A stretch of 64,000 bases of DNA. Origin: Podarcis bocagei (lineage: Eukaryota). The DNA lies in the NCBI GenBank assembly GCA_964188305.1, contig OZ076894.1. One strand, given 5' to 3'. Made by a program: the position numbers and the translations under genes. The notes under the pieces were generated by a model. The model was given only the letters and a program-made list of their open reading frames with translations, did no database searches and had not been told where the DNA came from. This document shows, in pieces, positions 50,639-64,000 of the stretch; positions within the stretch are counted from its first letter, which is position 1; every line of letters starts with the position of its first letter.

Positions 50639-51398
50639 CCTTAAACACACATATACCCCCAGCAAGGCAGAGAGCTTAAAAGCTCTTTCTGCACTGAGTA
50701 CGCTTGGGCTAGACTGGGAAAAGACTCCTGCCAGCAACCCCAGAGACCGGCTTCCAGTCATTGTAGCCAGTACTGAGCTTGATGGACCAGGGGTCAGAGC
50801 CAGTGCAAAACAGCTCTCTTTCTTCCTGTGACCCACAGATACAGACCCCTCCCTCACCCCTCCAACATGCAGTTGCAGCAGTCATGCTGTGGGCTTTTGG
50901 TCACTTGAATGTTACATGGTTTTATTGCATTAAGCTGCATGTGACGTCTAACACCCCTAAAGGTCTGTGAACAGGAGGTTTCTCTTGAGACCCAGTGTTG
51001 AATTGGATACAAGGGAGAAGCCCAACTGCATCTCTGAGGGGAAGGTATTCAACAATCAAAGTTCTGTTCAATGACTTTGCACTCTAAACATCTAATGCTC
51101 CAATTTAAAGAGGTGACTGGACTTGTATGTCTGCAAAAACTTGTTTTCTGGGGAGAAATTCAACACTGTACTAAGATTATCGTTCTACCAGCATATTGAT
51201 GGAATGGTGCCCCCTCTCCTCCCTTGCTGTTCCAGGGATTCTCACAACACCCCTCAAGCCAGTTTTGGGAGGTGCAAGAGGTGGCGAGAAGCTCTGTTGC
51301 ACTTGCAGAAGTCCTTCTCCAGGGCTTCCACTGACGGGTCACTTTAGTTGAATCCTGCCATAAATTCTGTGGTGTTCATAGTATTTTCTTATCTGCAG

Positions 51399-51522
51399 GT
51401 ATTTGGAAATGCACCCCCTAGTACAATGATAGAAAAATTCTCAGATCTCCTTCAGTTTACAACACAAGTGTCACGATTGATGGTGACTGAAATTCGGCGG
51501 AGAGCCTCTAACAAGTCTACAG
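51399..51522 (+). CDS. WDFY3: WDFY3 coding exon 2
   Basis: VFGNAPPSTMIEKFSDLLQFTTQVSRLMVTEIRRRASNKST; AG/GT boundaries. Confidence 0.95.
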
Positions 51523-51916
51523 GTAAATTCATACCATAGCACCTAGTTTATCTTTGTCCAATCAGAAGTTGAATATTCACATAACAACATTCTTCGAGAG
51601 ATGACTGACTCTTGGCTGTCACTGAAGATAGTAAATGATTCTCACCTGCCTTCATCAAAGTATGAATGGGACAAGCGTGTAATTAGACATGAAAGGAGAG
51701 TGAGACTTGATTGTCTTCATGCTGATTATGCACTTCATAGCAAAACTGGATTCAAGATGGGAGTTCTTAAGCAGCTGGAACATGAGAAGGAACAATTTGC
51801 CTATATATGGTATAAGTAGAAACTGGCTTTAATAGTGTATAATTAGAAACTGGTTTTAACATTGTGTTTGCTTATCTTCTTCTGTTGTTGTTGTTTTTGT
51901 TTGTAATTAACTCCAG

Positions 51917-52026
51917 AGGCTGCAAGTCGTGCCATAGTCCAGTTTCTGGAGATCAATCAAAGTGAAGAAGCCAGTAGAGGTTGGATGTTGCTTACTACAA
52001 TTAACTTGTTAGCTTCATCTGGACAG
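51917..52026 (+). CDS. WDFY3: WDFY3 coding exon 3
   Basis: (E)AASRAIVQFLEINQSEEASRGWMLLTTINLLASSGQ; phase fits; not in ORF track. Confidence 0.95.
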
Positions 52027-53605
52027 GTTAGTTATGCATGAACAGAATCTGGTACTGTGTAGCGTGTACCTATAAATACTCTTAGAGGTATTTGTATTTA
52101 GCAAATGAGGATTTTGAAACACAAGAGATATATATTGTTTGCCATTTTTCTAAGCAGTTGTGAGCAAAGTCATCCAGTGATAAAAAGAAGAAGAAAGACC
52201 TTGTAAAGTCCTGTTAGGCGTCTCTGTAGGTTGGAGGTTAAAAGGTTATGGTCTGATCTAGAATCCTCTGTTGTGTCTTATGTGCACATAGCTTTAGGCC
52301 ACACCATTCGTTTTAGGAAATATGTATATATGTGAAAACATTGCACACATGAAACTGCATACTCTATATAGCATGTCAGAACTCCAAAGCTTGGGGCTAG
52401 AGCGTCATCATGCATGGAAGGTGAAAGCTGATGTAGACAGCAAAGGTGGAATGATATTCACTGAGCTTCATTGAGTAGCATGTGACAGGGAAAGCTAGTG
52501 CTGGTGTTGGGAGTTCTTCAACAGACTAGGCAACAGAACACATTGTGGAAAATGGCCAGTGATTAATGAATATAGTCTGTACATGATCACAGCGATTATT
52601 ATTATTGGGGGGATTATTTTCCCAAACGCATTAATGATTTTAGCCTGAGATGGTAGGCTAAAAGACAGCAAAGAGGAGGCTTTAATAGCGTAGATGAGAT
52701 ATGGTCAGATCATGCATTTTACAAAGAAGAAAGGGAAGCTTCTAGGTGTAGAATCTGACTATGGTGGGAGAGGACAAGGATGACTCAAAATATTACCTCA
52801 ATGTTATATACCCAGGAGGTGTGCAGATCTTAACGTCAAACTGAGAGAAGCTCATTTATCATTGTGTGCAATTTCTAATGCAATGGCGCAGGGGCTTGTT
52901 GGGTTCTTTGTGATTTTTAAGATAATAGGGCAGACTGTGTGCACTAGATTTTGTGCACTAGGTTTTGATGGACTTTGTATACCATCTCTTGTATACCCTA
53001 TCTCAAGATGAGATGGGGGTGAGCATTCAGAACAAGAGTGCTCTACTGTGTGATTTCTCCTACTCAAATTACAACCAGTAGAAGCAGGGTGAACATAGCA
53101 TACCTGAAGCATACCTATTTCGGTCTAGATCATCCCATTCCCATTGCCTTCTGTCGTACTCTCCTCTAAGGGAAGAAAAAACCTAAAATATGATGAATGA
53201 AACAGGTGCCAGAGTGCTCCATTGAGGAAAAAAATGATGCTCCGTGTGTATTCTCCAGCTACTTAGAAGTGCACTAAGCTTCTCCCATTGGTACTCTTTC
53301 CTGGGTTGAAGCTCTTTTTCCACTTGGCAAATGGGATGGGGCTGCTCAGCTTGTTCCTCTGTGTGTATGTGTGTGCACAGTTTATCGATGTTGCTAAAAG
53401 CTTTTCTTTTTTGATAATGAGAATGGTTTTTTCTTTGGAAATTTTTCAGAGTAACTTGCTTCAAGAATAGTATTCTATGACTTCCACATAAAGGTTCTAG
53501 AAGCTATATAGCTGGATAATTTCTAACAGAGTAGGTGGAATTCAGAACAAACTGCATTGTGCTAGGAATGCTAACATTTTGTCTCTACTCTTTTTCTGCC
53601 CTCAG

Positions 53606-53767
53606 AAAACAGTGGACTGCATGACGACTATGTCAGTGCCTTCCACGCTTGTGAAATGTCTCTATCTGTTTTTTGACCTTCCACATGTGCCTGAGGTGGC
53701 TGGAGGAGCCCAGAATGAGCTGCCTCTAGCAGAACGTAGAATGCTATTGCAGAAAGTGTTTGTGCAG
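53606..53767 (+). CDS. WDFY3: WDFY3 coding exon 4
   Basis: KTVDCMTTMSVPSTLVKCLYLFFDLP...LQKVFVQ. Confidence 0.95.
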
Positions 53768-54217
53768 GTAAATGAGTTGTAACCACAATACTACATTTCA
53801 AATTCTGTTTCATCTCCTGAAGGATTGGGAAAAAAGGTTCTTGAATTGAATTCTTTTACACTCACGCTTATACACTCTACAATTCCTAGGCCAAATCAAG
53901 GTGTTATATTATCCTGCTATTCTATATTACTTTTTCTCTGTTACCTACCCTTTTTGGGGCGTCTACATGTTTTTCTTTGTTGCAAACCCCCCCCCCCCAA
54001 TTTTATTTTTATTTTTAAAAAATAAAGCTGGTTACTGATGAGAGAAACTTCCATAAGTGCATGGTGGCATTTGGAAAATTAATATTGTTACACTGAACTG
54101 ATTCCAAGGAGCTGCTTAACTCTACCTACTTTCTCCACAGCTTAAATGAAAATTACAATAAACAGAATGCTTATGGTAGCAATTATATGAGCTTCCTATA
54201 ATGGCCTTTTGTTTCAG

Positions 54218-54410
54218 ATCTTGGTGAAACTCTGCAGTTTTGTGTCTCCGGCGGAAGAACTTGCTCAAAAGGATGATCTTCAGCTTCTATTCAGTGCAAT
54301 AACCTCATGGTGCCCTCCCTATAACCTGCCTTGGAGAAAGAGTGCAGGCGAAGTCCTAATGACCATATCACGTCATGGCCTTAGTGTCAATGTAGTGAAA
54401 TACATTCACG
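54218..54410 (+). CDS. WDFY3: WDFY3 coding exon 5
   Basis: ILVKLCSFVSPAEELAQKDDLQLLF...VVKYIH. Confidence 0.95.
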
Positions 54411-55867
54411 GTTGGTATATCTTGGTGCTGTATTGTGATTTTGTTTTTCTCTCAATATAGTCATGTAATCATTTCTGTCATCGCTAGATTCTCTCTCTCT
54501 GTCTGAGTGACCACGCTCTGGTCTTAATCCCTAATTTTAAATTCTCATTTGTGAAATAAGAATATTGATGTGTTAACTCATGTGGACATAACTGAGGTGG
54601 TGGTGCCTATCCTGAAAACAGTGGGGACGCGACTGAAAAAATTATAGGACGGGCCTAACGCTCAATCAGGGCCATCGAACCTGCTGTCCCCTTTGTGACA
54701 TGTCTAGCATTCATTGCCATCCCACCAGATGTTTCATAAACCCTCCTATTTCTGTTGCTTGAACAAGGTGACAGAAATAGATGGTGTGCTTTCAGTAAAC
54801 CAGCAGAGCACATTGATCAACTGCATATTGTGTACATGCTGGGGAAACTGAATTTGGTTTAAACTGGTAGTAGCGATGACGTAAAAGGGATTGTAGGAAG
54901 AAGAACCTATTTTTTGCACCTCAGTATTGGCTAGCAAAATGCACAGTTGTTTCTTACATGAATGATTGTGGGCTTGCCACTTCCACTGATGTTGAAAGCT
55001 CCCAAGAGTAGTTCCTGTTCCTTATCTACGTGTAATAGAGCATTAGATTCTTGCAGAGACAGCTCTGGGTAGTTGCTTCTGTTTTACTGCTTCCTGTCTC
55101 TTCCGTGGAACATTTGTAACAGATTGAAGGGAATTATGCCACTGCCTTATGCCATTATAGTTTTGTAGTTAGTATACCATACAGAGTTCTGCTCAAATAC
55201 ATCCACTCATGCTTAAAATAAAGTCCAGGAATTGTAATTTAGTTCTGCTGTAACATGGATATATGGCACCCAAATTATATTCATGCTTTGAATAAGAGCA
55301 CACTTGTTGCAAATAAAAGCATTCAGATTATCCAAGGCTTTTCGTTTTCCCAAATGTAGACTCTTCAAGTGATAAGGAGCTACACACACACAGCAGATTT
55401 CCTTCTGATAAGAACACAGTCAAAAGCCATTATCTTTTATAGTGCAAATTGCACTTATGCTAGGACATTCCCGCTATTTCTGTATGTATTTGTTTGTGGA
55501 GTTCTTGTATTCAATATGCATATGGCATGGTTGCCTTTGATTTGGCCTCGTCTTTTGTTGCTCTGGGAGTAACAGTACCAGAGATGTCATGGGCAGGGTG
55601 AATTGCATGGTTACTTTCTAAGCCAGAATGGTTGGCCACTGGTGCTTATGCTTGGAACTCTGTTCAAATGTTGGGTAGAGTGTTCAGGGTGTTTTCTTTT
55701 TCAACATGTTGTTATAATTATTTCTTAGTTATAATTATAATTTCTACAATTATATAGACAACAGTTTTTAAATGCAGTTTTTAAATGAAGAGTAGTATAC
55801 GGGGGGGGGGGGAGAGAGAGAGAGAGAGAGAGAGAGTGGTAATAATAATTATAATATAATATTTTAT

Positions 55868-56183
55868 GGGACATGGGTGGCGCTGTGGTATAGATACCAC
55901 AGAGCCTAGGGCTTGCCGATCAGAAGGTCGCGGTTCGAATCCCGTTGCTCAGTCCCTGCTCCTGCCAACCTAGCAATTCAGAAGCACGTCAAAGTGCAAG
56001 TAGATAAATAGGTACCGCTCCGGCGGGAAGGTAAACAGCGTTTCCCAGCGGTGCTCTGGTTCACCAGAAGCGGCATAGTCATGCTGGCCACATGACCCGG
56101 AAGCTGTACGCTGGCTCCCTCGGCCAATAAAGCAAGATGAGCACCGCAACCCCAGAGTTGTCCACCACTGGACCTAACGGTCA
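55868..56183 (+). mobile_element. Sauria SINE running into assembly gap
   Basis: GGGACATGGGTGGCGCTGTGG head and GTAGATAAATAGGTACC core. Confidence 0.88.
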
Positions 56184-56399
56184 NNNNNNNNNNNNNNNNN
56201 NNNNNNNNNNNNNNNNNNNNNNNNNNNNNNNNNNNNNNNNNNNNNNNNNNNNNNNNNNNNNNNNNNNNNNNNNNNNNNNNNNNNNNNNNNNNNNNNNNNN
56301 NNNNNNNNNNNNNNNNNNNNNNNNNNNNNNNNNNNNNNNNNNNNNNNNNNNNNNNNNNNNNNNNNNNNNNNNNNNNNNNNNNNNNNNNNNNNNNNNNNN
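56184..56399. other. assembly gap (N run)
   Basis: run of N. Confidence 1.
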
Positions 56400-56857
56400 G
56401 CCTTGCCAGTTTTCACATTTTGCAAGATATAGTCAGACACTCAAAGATGCATAGTGAAGAAAATGTGTTTTCTTAAGAGATACGATTGAGGTTCTTATTT
56501 GTGAGTTATTTTGCACATCCTGACAAATGGCAAGAAGTGGATGTGATTTGTAGCTCTGTGTAACATGGTGAAAGGGGAAATTGCACATCTGCTCTAGTAT
56601 AGTGTGAGCTTTGCAAATGTATGTAGAATATGTGCAGATGTCAAAGTTCCCGTTTTGTACATTTCCTAGACATGTATAATATAGGTGTCCCAACCATCTG
56701 TTTTTATTTTCTTGCAATGTGTGAAATAGCTCTTAGTTCAGTACATAAGATCATTCTTGAAAATGGATTGATACCAACTAGTTGATAATCATGTATGAGT
56801 GCTTGGTAATTTTTGTATAATATGAAAAATGCTGGGGGTTTTTTATTGTCTTTACAG

Positions 56858-57044
56858 AAAAAGAATGCCTGTCAACATGTGTTCAAAACATGCAACAATC
56901 GGATGACCTTTCTCCCTTAGAAATAGTTGAGATGTTTGCTGGCCTTTCTTGCTTCCTCAAAGATTCCAGTGATGTCTCCCAAACACTCTTAGATGATTTT
57001 AGGATATGGCAAGGATACAACTTCCTCTTTGATCTCTTACTCAG
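56858..57044 (+). CDS. WDFY3: WDFY3 coding exon 6
   Basis: (E)KECLSTCVQNMQQSDDLSPLEIVEMF...FDLLLR. Confidence 0.95.
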
Positions 57045-57433
57045 GTATGCAAACCAGGTTTGCAAATTTATTTTATTGCTTCAAATGCAATTTTCATCCT
57101 AGCAAGATCTGTGTTGACATATCATTTTTGGAGCTGAAAAATTGAATGCCACCAATTCAGTAGATTCTTATAAGTTACAATGCAAGGAGGGGTATGTCAG
57201 AAATTGAAACTACACTTTATTTTAGGGTTTTGGTTTTAGTCTTGCTAGTCTAGTAATTAATCTTTTGATGTGGTGTAGTGTTGGCTATTGTAGGTTGTTA
57301 TTTTAAGTAAGAACCAAGTTTTATGGAGAACTTCAACACATGAAATTGGATGTGATTTAAAAAAAATATGTTCCAAATTTTGATTTGAATGAGTGGCCTT
57401 GTTTTGAGATGAGTGTGCATTTCATCCCTGCAG

Positions 57434-57600
57434 GTTAGAACAAGCAAAAGAAGCAGAATCTAAGGATGCTCTGAAGGACTTGGTGAATTTGATAACCTCA
57501 TTAACAACATATGGTGTCAATGAATTAAAGCCAGCTGGTGTTACTACGGGGGCACCTTTTCTGTTGCCTGGATTTGCCGTCCCACAACCTGCAGGCAAAG
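57434..57600 (+). CDS. WDFY3: WDFY3 coding exon 7
   Basis: LEQAKEAESKDALKDLVNLITSLTTYGVNELKPAG...QPAGK. Confidence 0.95.
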
Positions 57601-58217
57601 GTGAGCTTTCTCTTCTTTTTAAGAAGTCCCTTACATGCAAAATTTAATCTGACATTTAATAGTCCTGAATTTGCTTGCAGTGGCTTGATCTGGAATTGAT
57701 GGTGATCTCAGATTCTTAACAGTGTAGAATTAGGAAGGATCAGAAACTTTCTCAGACCTCCGGTCCATAATGTAGTGTGAGCCACTTGACCCTCTACTTT
57801 ACCACAAGCTCACCTTTGCTTCTTGAGGCAACCCATAAACCGATATTCAGTTGCTATTTTATATTGCTTAGCACTGTAAAATAAAATACAATAATGATGG
57901 TATTGATTGGATCTGTCTATGCCTAGCCTACATAGGATACCATACTATGTAAGAACAATACATTATGTTCTTTCCCACCATTCTTTGCCACTGGAACCCT
58001 CCAACACATCCTAATCATCCTGGGGGCTGCCTCCTGTCCACTCCCCCTTCTGGGAATGGTGTGGCTATTCTTAAAAAAGAGGAGCCTCCACTACTATCAT
58101 CTGCAGGCTCTGTTCCCATGCAGTTATTTGCATTAGAGAATGAAGTGTGACAAACTGTATGCTTGAAGAATAAACTTTATGTAAAGATCTGTAAAGTTTC
58201 CCTTCTTCCTGTTGTAG

Positions 58218-58685
58218 GTCACAATGTGAGGAATATCCAAGCCTTCTCTGTCCTACAGAATGCTTTCCTGAAGGCAAAAACCAGCTACCTTGCACAAATT
58301 ATCCTTGATGCCATCTTAAATATCTACATTGCCGACAATGCCAACTATTTCATCTTGGAATCCCAGCACACTCTGTCCCAGTTTGCAGAGAAAATTTCCA
58401 AGCTTCCAGAAGTACAGGCCAAATACTTTGAGATGCTTGAGTTTGTTGTGTTTAGCTTGAATTACATACCTTGCAAAGAACTGATCAGCGTCAGCATCCT
58501 CTTAAAATCCAGCACCTCTTACCCATGTAGCATCATTGCAATGAAGACACTACTTAAGTTCACACGGCATGACTACATCTTTAAGGACGTCTTCAGGGAG
58601 GTGGGACTCCTGGAGGTGATGGTGAACCTTTTACATAAGTATGCAGCTCTTCTGAAAGAGCCTACACAGGCTCTGAATGATCAAG
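58218..58685 (+). CDS. WDFY3: WDFY3 coding exon 8
   Basis: (G)HNVRNIQAFSVLQNAFLKAKT...PTQALNDQ. Confidence 0.95.
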
Positions 58686-59302
58686 GTAATTATCTTCTCT
58701 TCCTCCCCCACCCCTGACCAAGGTTTCTTTCAAATCCTGCTTTTATCTTGTTCTTTTTTTATCACCTCTTTTTATACTATTGGAAATGCTTACCTGTCTT
58801 GCATTACTTTGCAAAAAAATATGCTATTGCCCATAAAACCTATGTAGGTTCAGATTTCTCTTATTCCTTAAATCATCAGCCCTCCTCCAAAACCACCTTT
58901 CGAATTCTCCTCAAAAGAGGCATTTAGTTTTCAGCTGAATCTCACGAGACATTGGTATTGCTTACAAGAGTAAAACAACCTGCTAGAACCTTTTAAACTC
59001 TCACTTAGCTTTGAAACTAAAATGCACATGAGTGACATATTGATGCACTATAGACTTGTCTCTGAGTTGTATCCCGATACTTCACACTGGATGCAAAGTA
59101 TAGGCAGGCTCAGTGTACCAAAGTAGAACGCCCCCTTCTTCTGCTGTACCATGATTAAGCATTTTTAAAAAGTGATCGTTGTACACCAGCCAGCACATAT
59201 AATATAGGAGCGATACTCTGAATTAATAAGCAGTTTGGTAATAGCATGGGCATATATACACTGCATTTTCTTTCATTGTAGCTTTTCGAAATTGTTTTCT
59301 AG

Positions 59303-59404
59303 GGGACTCAAGAAACAACAGTTCATTTGAAGACCAAAAGCAGCTTGCTTTGCTGGTTATGGAGACCTTGACAGTACTGCTTCAAGGATCGAACACAAAT
59401 GCAG
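59303..59404 (+). CDS. WDFY3: WDFY3 coding exon 9
   Basis: (G)DSRNNSSFEDQKQLALLVMETLTVLLQGSNTNA; phase 1/1. Confidence 0.93.
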
Positions 59405-59952
59405 GTATTTGGCAAATGGCTGTTACAACGAATGAACCTATGTCTCTTAATGCTGACAGCTGCCCTTGAAATGCACTTAAATCATAAAGACCAGTATAGA
59501 GTTATGTAATCTGTTTAGATGTGGAAATGCTGTGTCAAGCAGGTTTTTTGACCTTCTTGGAAGGAGGATACATTAATAGAATACTGAATTTGTTTAATTT
59601 GCTTGGCAAGATTTGCTTGAATTTCCCTTAGCAGAGGATAAGATTATTCTAGAATGGTGCCTTTCAGATATTTAAATTTGTAGTTTTAAGATGCATTTGT
59701 TTGAATAAAATATATTTAGTGATGAATTATTACTTTCACCTGCGTCTCCTGATAACCGCAGTCTATCCAAAGTTAAATCAATAGCCTTTTCCTATAAATG
59801 GTTGCTTCTTAGTGTGGGGTAGGTTTGTATTAGCCTGGTCTTGACAATAGGAAGAATATGATTACTGGCATGTTACTGCAGTCTAGCAACTTCTGTTCCC
59901 TGACAAAACATGACCTTATCACGGATCATGATCTTTGTCCACACCTGAAATA

Positions 59953-60190
59953 CAGTGGTACCTCCGTCTACGAACTTAGTTCGTTCCAGAGGTCCATTCT
60001 TAAGCCGAAGCGTCCTTAAGCCAAGGCGTATGCTTTCCCTAATGGAGCCTCCCTCCACCGGCGCCCTTCCCCCGTTCAGCTTCTTTTCCAGGGCAAAGTT
60101 CACTGGCCGGAACACCTACTTCCAGTCTTGCGGAGTTCTTTGCCCGAAAAGTTCATTAGGAGGACCGTTCGTAGATGGGAGGTACCACTG
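59953..60190. mobile_element. Tc1/mariner-type MITE, family C
   Basis: TIR CAGTGGTACCTCC.TCTACGAAC / GTTCGTAGATGGGAGGTACCACTG with TA flanks. Confidence 0.85.
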
Positions 60191-61353
60191 TAATTGCTTC
60201 AACATTTCTCCTTTCCCCTTTCATGGATGTGTTTTGAGAGTGTGCATGAGTGCCTCCTTCCCCAATGCAGCCTACTGTAGCTTCACCTGAGCTCATTCAG
60301 TTCTAGTTTTGCAATACTGTCTTCTAAGGTGGGGCCAAGTGCTTGAACAAGGGCAAGAAGAGATATGGCAAAACTGGACACATCACTGGAATAAAATGGC
60401 CATCTTTGCTGGGGCTAATGGGAGTTGTAGTCAAAAACATAGGATGTCAGCAGATTGTCAAAGGCTGGGGTAGAACTTTGGAATGAAACTGAAATAAGGG
60501 GCATGTAGCTGAAACTGGGCTGTAAGTATCTGTTGGCTTCTGGAGTTTTAACTGGTGCTGCTTACTCTGGTCACATCATCCCAGTTTTGGGGGGTTTTTT
60601 TAGAGACTTCCCGGACTGACTATTCATTTAGAGTTCAAATTCAAAGCCCTAAATGGATTGGGACCAAGCACATAAGGGAATACCACCACACGTACCTACC
60701 TGCATAGTGAGATCATTGGCAGATTCCCTGTTTTCAGCTACCATCTGTTAGAAGAAAATTTCCTTTTAATAAGAGAAGTCTTTTTTTGGTGGCAGCACCC
60801 CATTTGTGGAATGTCCTCCTTGAGGAGATTTGCCTGCTACCAGCCCTTAACTTCAAGGCACCAGGCAAAATCTCTTTTCATCAGCCAGGCATTCTGAGCA
60901 CCTTGATTATTTTAAGCTGTGATTGTTGTTTCTGCTTTTATATGCTGTTAGGTTATTTTTAGGTTTCTGGCGGTTTAATTTTTGCTTGGTTTTAACTTTT
61001 GTAAGCTGCCAAGGCGCATATTGGATTTAAGAGGATATAGAATGTACTGTATAAATGTATTAAACAAAAAATAAATATTTGCACTGTAGAATATCTCAAG
61101 CTTGAATGAAGTTGCAGAATTACCAAGAACATGCAGATCCTATTTTATGTTTGCTTGTATTACAGCTATTTAGTGCTTATCCTCTTGAGTGGCAAGCTAA
61201 GTAAGACCCTTTATATCCAATTTTAAATGTTTTCAGTCATCTCCGAGATCCCAGAAATTGCAAGCATTTGTGCCAGTGTGGTTCATTAGAAAGTGCTGCC
61301 TAGATCTACCTGGTGGCATCATACCTATTCCACTGTCTTTGTTTTCATTGTAG

Positions 61354-61547
61354 GCATTTTCAGGGAGTTTGGTGGAGCGAGGTGTGTACATAACATAGTA
61401 AAATATCCACAATGCAGGCAACATGCACTGATGATAATCCAGCAGTTGGTGTTATCACCAAGTGGCGACGATGACATGGGGACTCTCTTGGGATTAATGC
61501 ACTCTGCTCCACCTACAGAATTACAGTTGAAGACTGACATATTAAGG
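61354..61547 (+). CDS. WDFY3: WDFY3 coding exon 10
   Basis: (G)IFREFGGARCVHNIVKYPQCRQHALM...LKTDILR. Confidence 0.95.
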
Positions 61548-62352
61548 GTAAGTACATTAATGAAAAGTGTATGGATGTTTTAACACTTATTAAATTACTG
61601 TTTCAGATGCAATTATATCTCACTTCACATCACTGATCTCAAACTTTCTTTTTTGTGGGGGCAGATAAATTGAACTGATCTTATTCATGTACTCAGGCAG
61701 CACAAATGAACATGAAAATAAATACTGAAAAGTTATTTGAGGGAATAATAATAATAATTATCAAATAAATAAGAAATCCACTTCTTTCACCTTCTCTGTA
61801 AAATATAATTCACATTTATGAACCTTCGAGAATTCACTTAGCCAACATCTTTTTTTGCTTAAGTGATTCCCCAATTAAGATTCTGACAGTCAGCAGAACT
61901 GACTTGCAGCCATTTTCCACCGTTGTTGCAGTTCTGGACATCTTTCATATTGCATTTTCTTTCCGTCTACAACCTGGGATGGTTCACAGAACTGCAACTG
62001 TTTTACTTTTTCACAATTGTTATTAAAATGAAAAGCTTCCTTCAGCCTGGTTTTTGCATTCATTGTAGAGGTGTGTGTGTGTGTGAGAGAGAGAGAGAGG
62101 GAGAGGGAGGGAGAGGGAGAGAAATTCGTATTTCTGTTGAATCTTGAAGCTGATTTACAAGTTCATCACTCGAAAAAGCTCTTTGTATTGATGAGGCAAG
62201 GCTGACTTTTACTCACTGTTTGGGGAAATTTAAAAACTTCTCTGTGTGCATATGCTTCAAATTAATCTTGGAAGCCTTTGTCACTGCAGTGTTTAGAACA
62301 ATTGACCTCCATGACATCCTGTTTGTTCTGTCTTGTTTAAATATCCGTGTAG

Positions 62353-62810
62353 GCCCTGCTGTCCGTGCTGAAAGAGAGTCATCGCACGAGAACGGTTTTC
62401 AGAAAAGTTGGTGGATTTGTGTATGTCACATCTTTACTTGTTGCCATGGAAAGATCCTTGTGCTCTCCACCTAAGAATGGCTGGGAGAAAGTGAACCAGA
62501 ACCAAGTGTTTGAGCTGCTCCACACTGTGCTCTGTACCTTGACTGCAGCAATGCGCTATGAGCCAGCCAACTCACACTTCTTCAGAACGGAGATCCAGTA
62601 CGAAAAGTTGGCCGATGCTGTGAGGTTACTTGGCTGCTTCTCAGACTCCAGGAAAATAAGCCCTTTTAACATCTTCCCCTCAAACACTCAGCCCTTTCAA
62701 AGACTGTTGGAAGATGACCTGATAGCCATGGATTCGGTGTCACCCACGTTAAGGCATTGCAGCAAACTCTTTATTTACCTCTACAAAGTAGCTACAGACT
62801 CTTTCGACAG
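62353..62810 (+). CDS. WDFY3: WDFY3 coding exon 11 (gene continues beyond window)
   Basis: ALLSVLKESHRTRTVFRKVGGFVYV...YKVATDSFD; donor CAG|GTATGA. Confidence 0.95.
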
Positions 62811-64000
62811 GTATGATTGGCGAGGTTTGGGGTGGAGTCGGAAACACAGTTATGTCTGGGAATCGCATCATTCATTTCTACCTGATGTTCCCTAAGGGGG
62901 TTGTATGCTATTATTTTCTTCTGAGATTGAGAATTGGCAGCTGTTTTTAAGTGCCTGTCTTGTAGACAATGATTTATTGCTGGTGCATCCCTACTTTGAG
63001 GTTGTGCATGTGGAAATGATGATTCCTAGAAGGGGTTGAGGTAGGACCGAAGGTCTAACTTTTGGCAGTAATGACTGTTAAACGACCTGTCCTCTTTGCA
63101 AGCAAAAGTAGATAGGGCTGCTGTACTTCCATTAGTTTACAGAAGAGAGGATTTTGGCAAGTTGAGCAGAAGTTGCTTCTGCCAAAATTCTGTCTCCTCT
63201 GCAACTCTCAGAGGCAACAGGTGTTCTATCAACTTTGGTATTGTAAAGTAATCTGTATAGTTAGCTAACCATTTTAAAAAAGATAGCACCATTCCCTGGC
63301 CTTAAACTTTGGGTAGCTGTTTTGTTGGAACAGTTTCCCCTTTGTTTGTTAGTAAGTTTTGAGACTCCTAAGAAAAGTTGTAGGTTTATTTTAAGGTATT
63401 TTGTTTAAGGGAAGTAGTTGGTTCTTCATTCTGTTGTATAAGGCAAATCAAAACAGAGCCCATTTTAATACAGGCTCAAATAAAATATGGGACATTTTTT
63501 AAAAAAAATATGTACGCTTTTAAATGATACTTTGAATTCAATGAATTTTAAAAGAGTTAATACCTTATTTGTATCTTAAAATATTCTGTAGCATTGGGTC
63601 TCTAGGATTGTTGCCTTTGATATATAGTGGCTAGTACTAGGATTATAAAATCAGTACATTTAAAGTTAACACTCCATAACATAGACCCATTTGATGAGCT
63701 TGTTTACTACTTCTGTCTTGGAAAATAATAGGTTAGGCTGGTAACTTCCTGAGCCTTGATGCTTCTTCTGTAGTATGTAACACTAATAGCTCTGTTGCTT
63801 TTGATGGAGAGGGGCACAGGCATGGAACATCCTTCACCCATTATTCCTTATTTTATTTAATTGCAAACACATTTTGTGACTTCAAAACTTCATGCAGTTT
63901 TGAAATTCAGCCTTAAAATTAGCTGTACTCTGGGTTTCTCTTTGTTAAATATTGCCAATTGATTTTAATGTTTTTATAAGGTATTACTGGCATTATCTTT

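Noticed and set aside
56137-56454. ORFs spanning 56.1-56.4 kb
   Set aside because: Artefacts of the N gap
43653-62352. Non-canonical (GC-AG or U12) introns in WDFY3
   Set aside because: All inferred coding introns are ordinary GT-AG with compatible phases

Overview
Eukaryotic (vertebrate) genomic DNA, most likely a lacertid lizard judging by the Sauria/Squam-type SINEs, BovB and CR1 content. The window holds the 5' part of WDFY3 (ALFY) on the + strand: a CpG-island promoter/first exon near 18.2-19.4 kb, a probable 5'UTR exon near 40.8 kb, and 11 coding exons (43473-62810, 2345 coding nt, all GT-AG, phases consistent) continuing past the window. The rest is transposon-rich. It includes a full-length, two-ORF, apparently intact CR1 LINE whose 5'UTR is a nearly homogeneous array of 147-bp monomers, a young 5'-truncated Rex1/Babar LINE, RTE/BovB fragments, four solo LTRs, many Tc1/mariner-type and hAT MITEs, and SINEs. 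Three Penelope-derived short elements each carry a minimal type I hammerhead ribozyme motif. Several nested insertions can be ordered from their TSDs. There is an assembly gap at 56184-56399. All family assignments come from recognising the sequence by eye; no database search was run.
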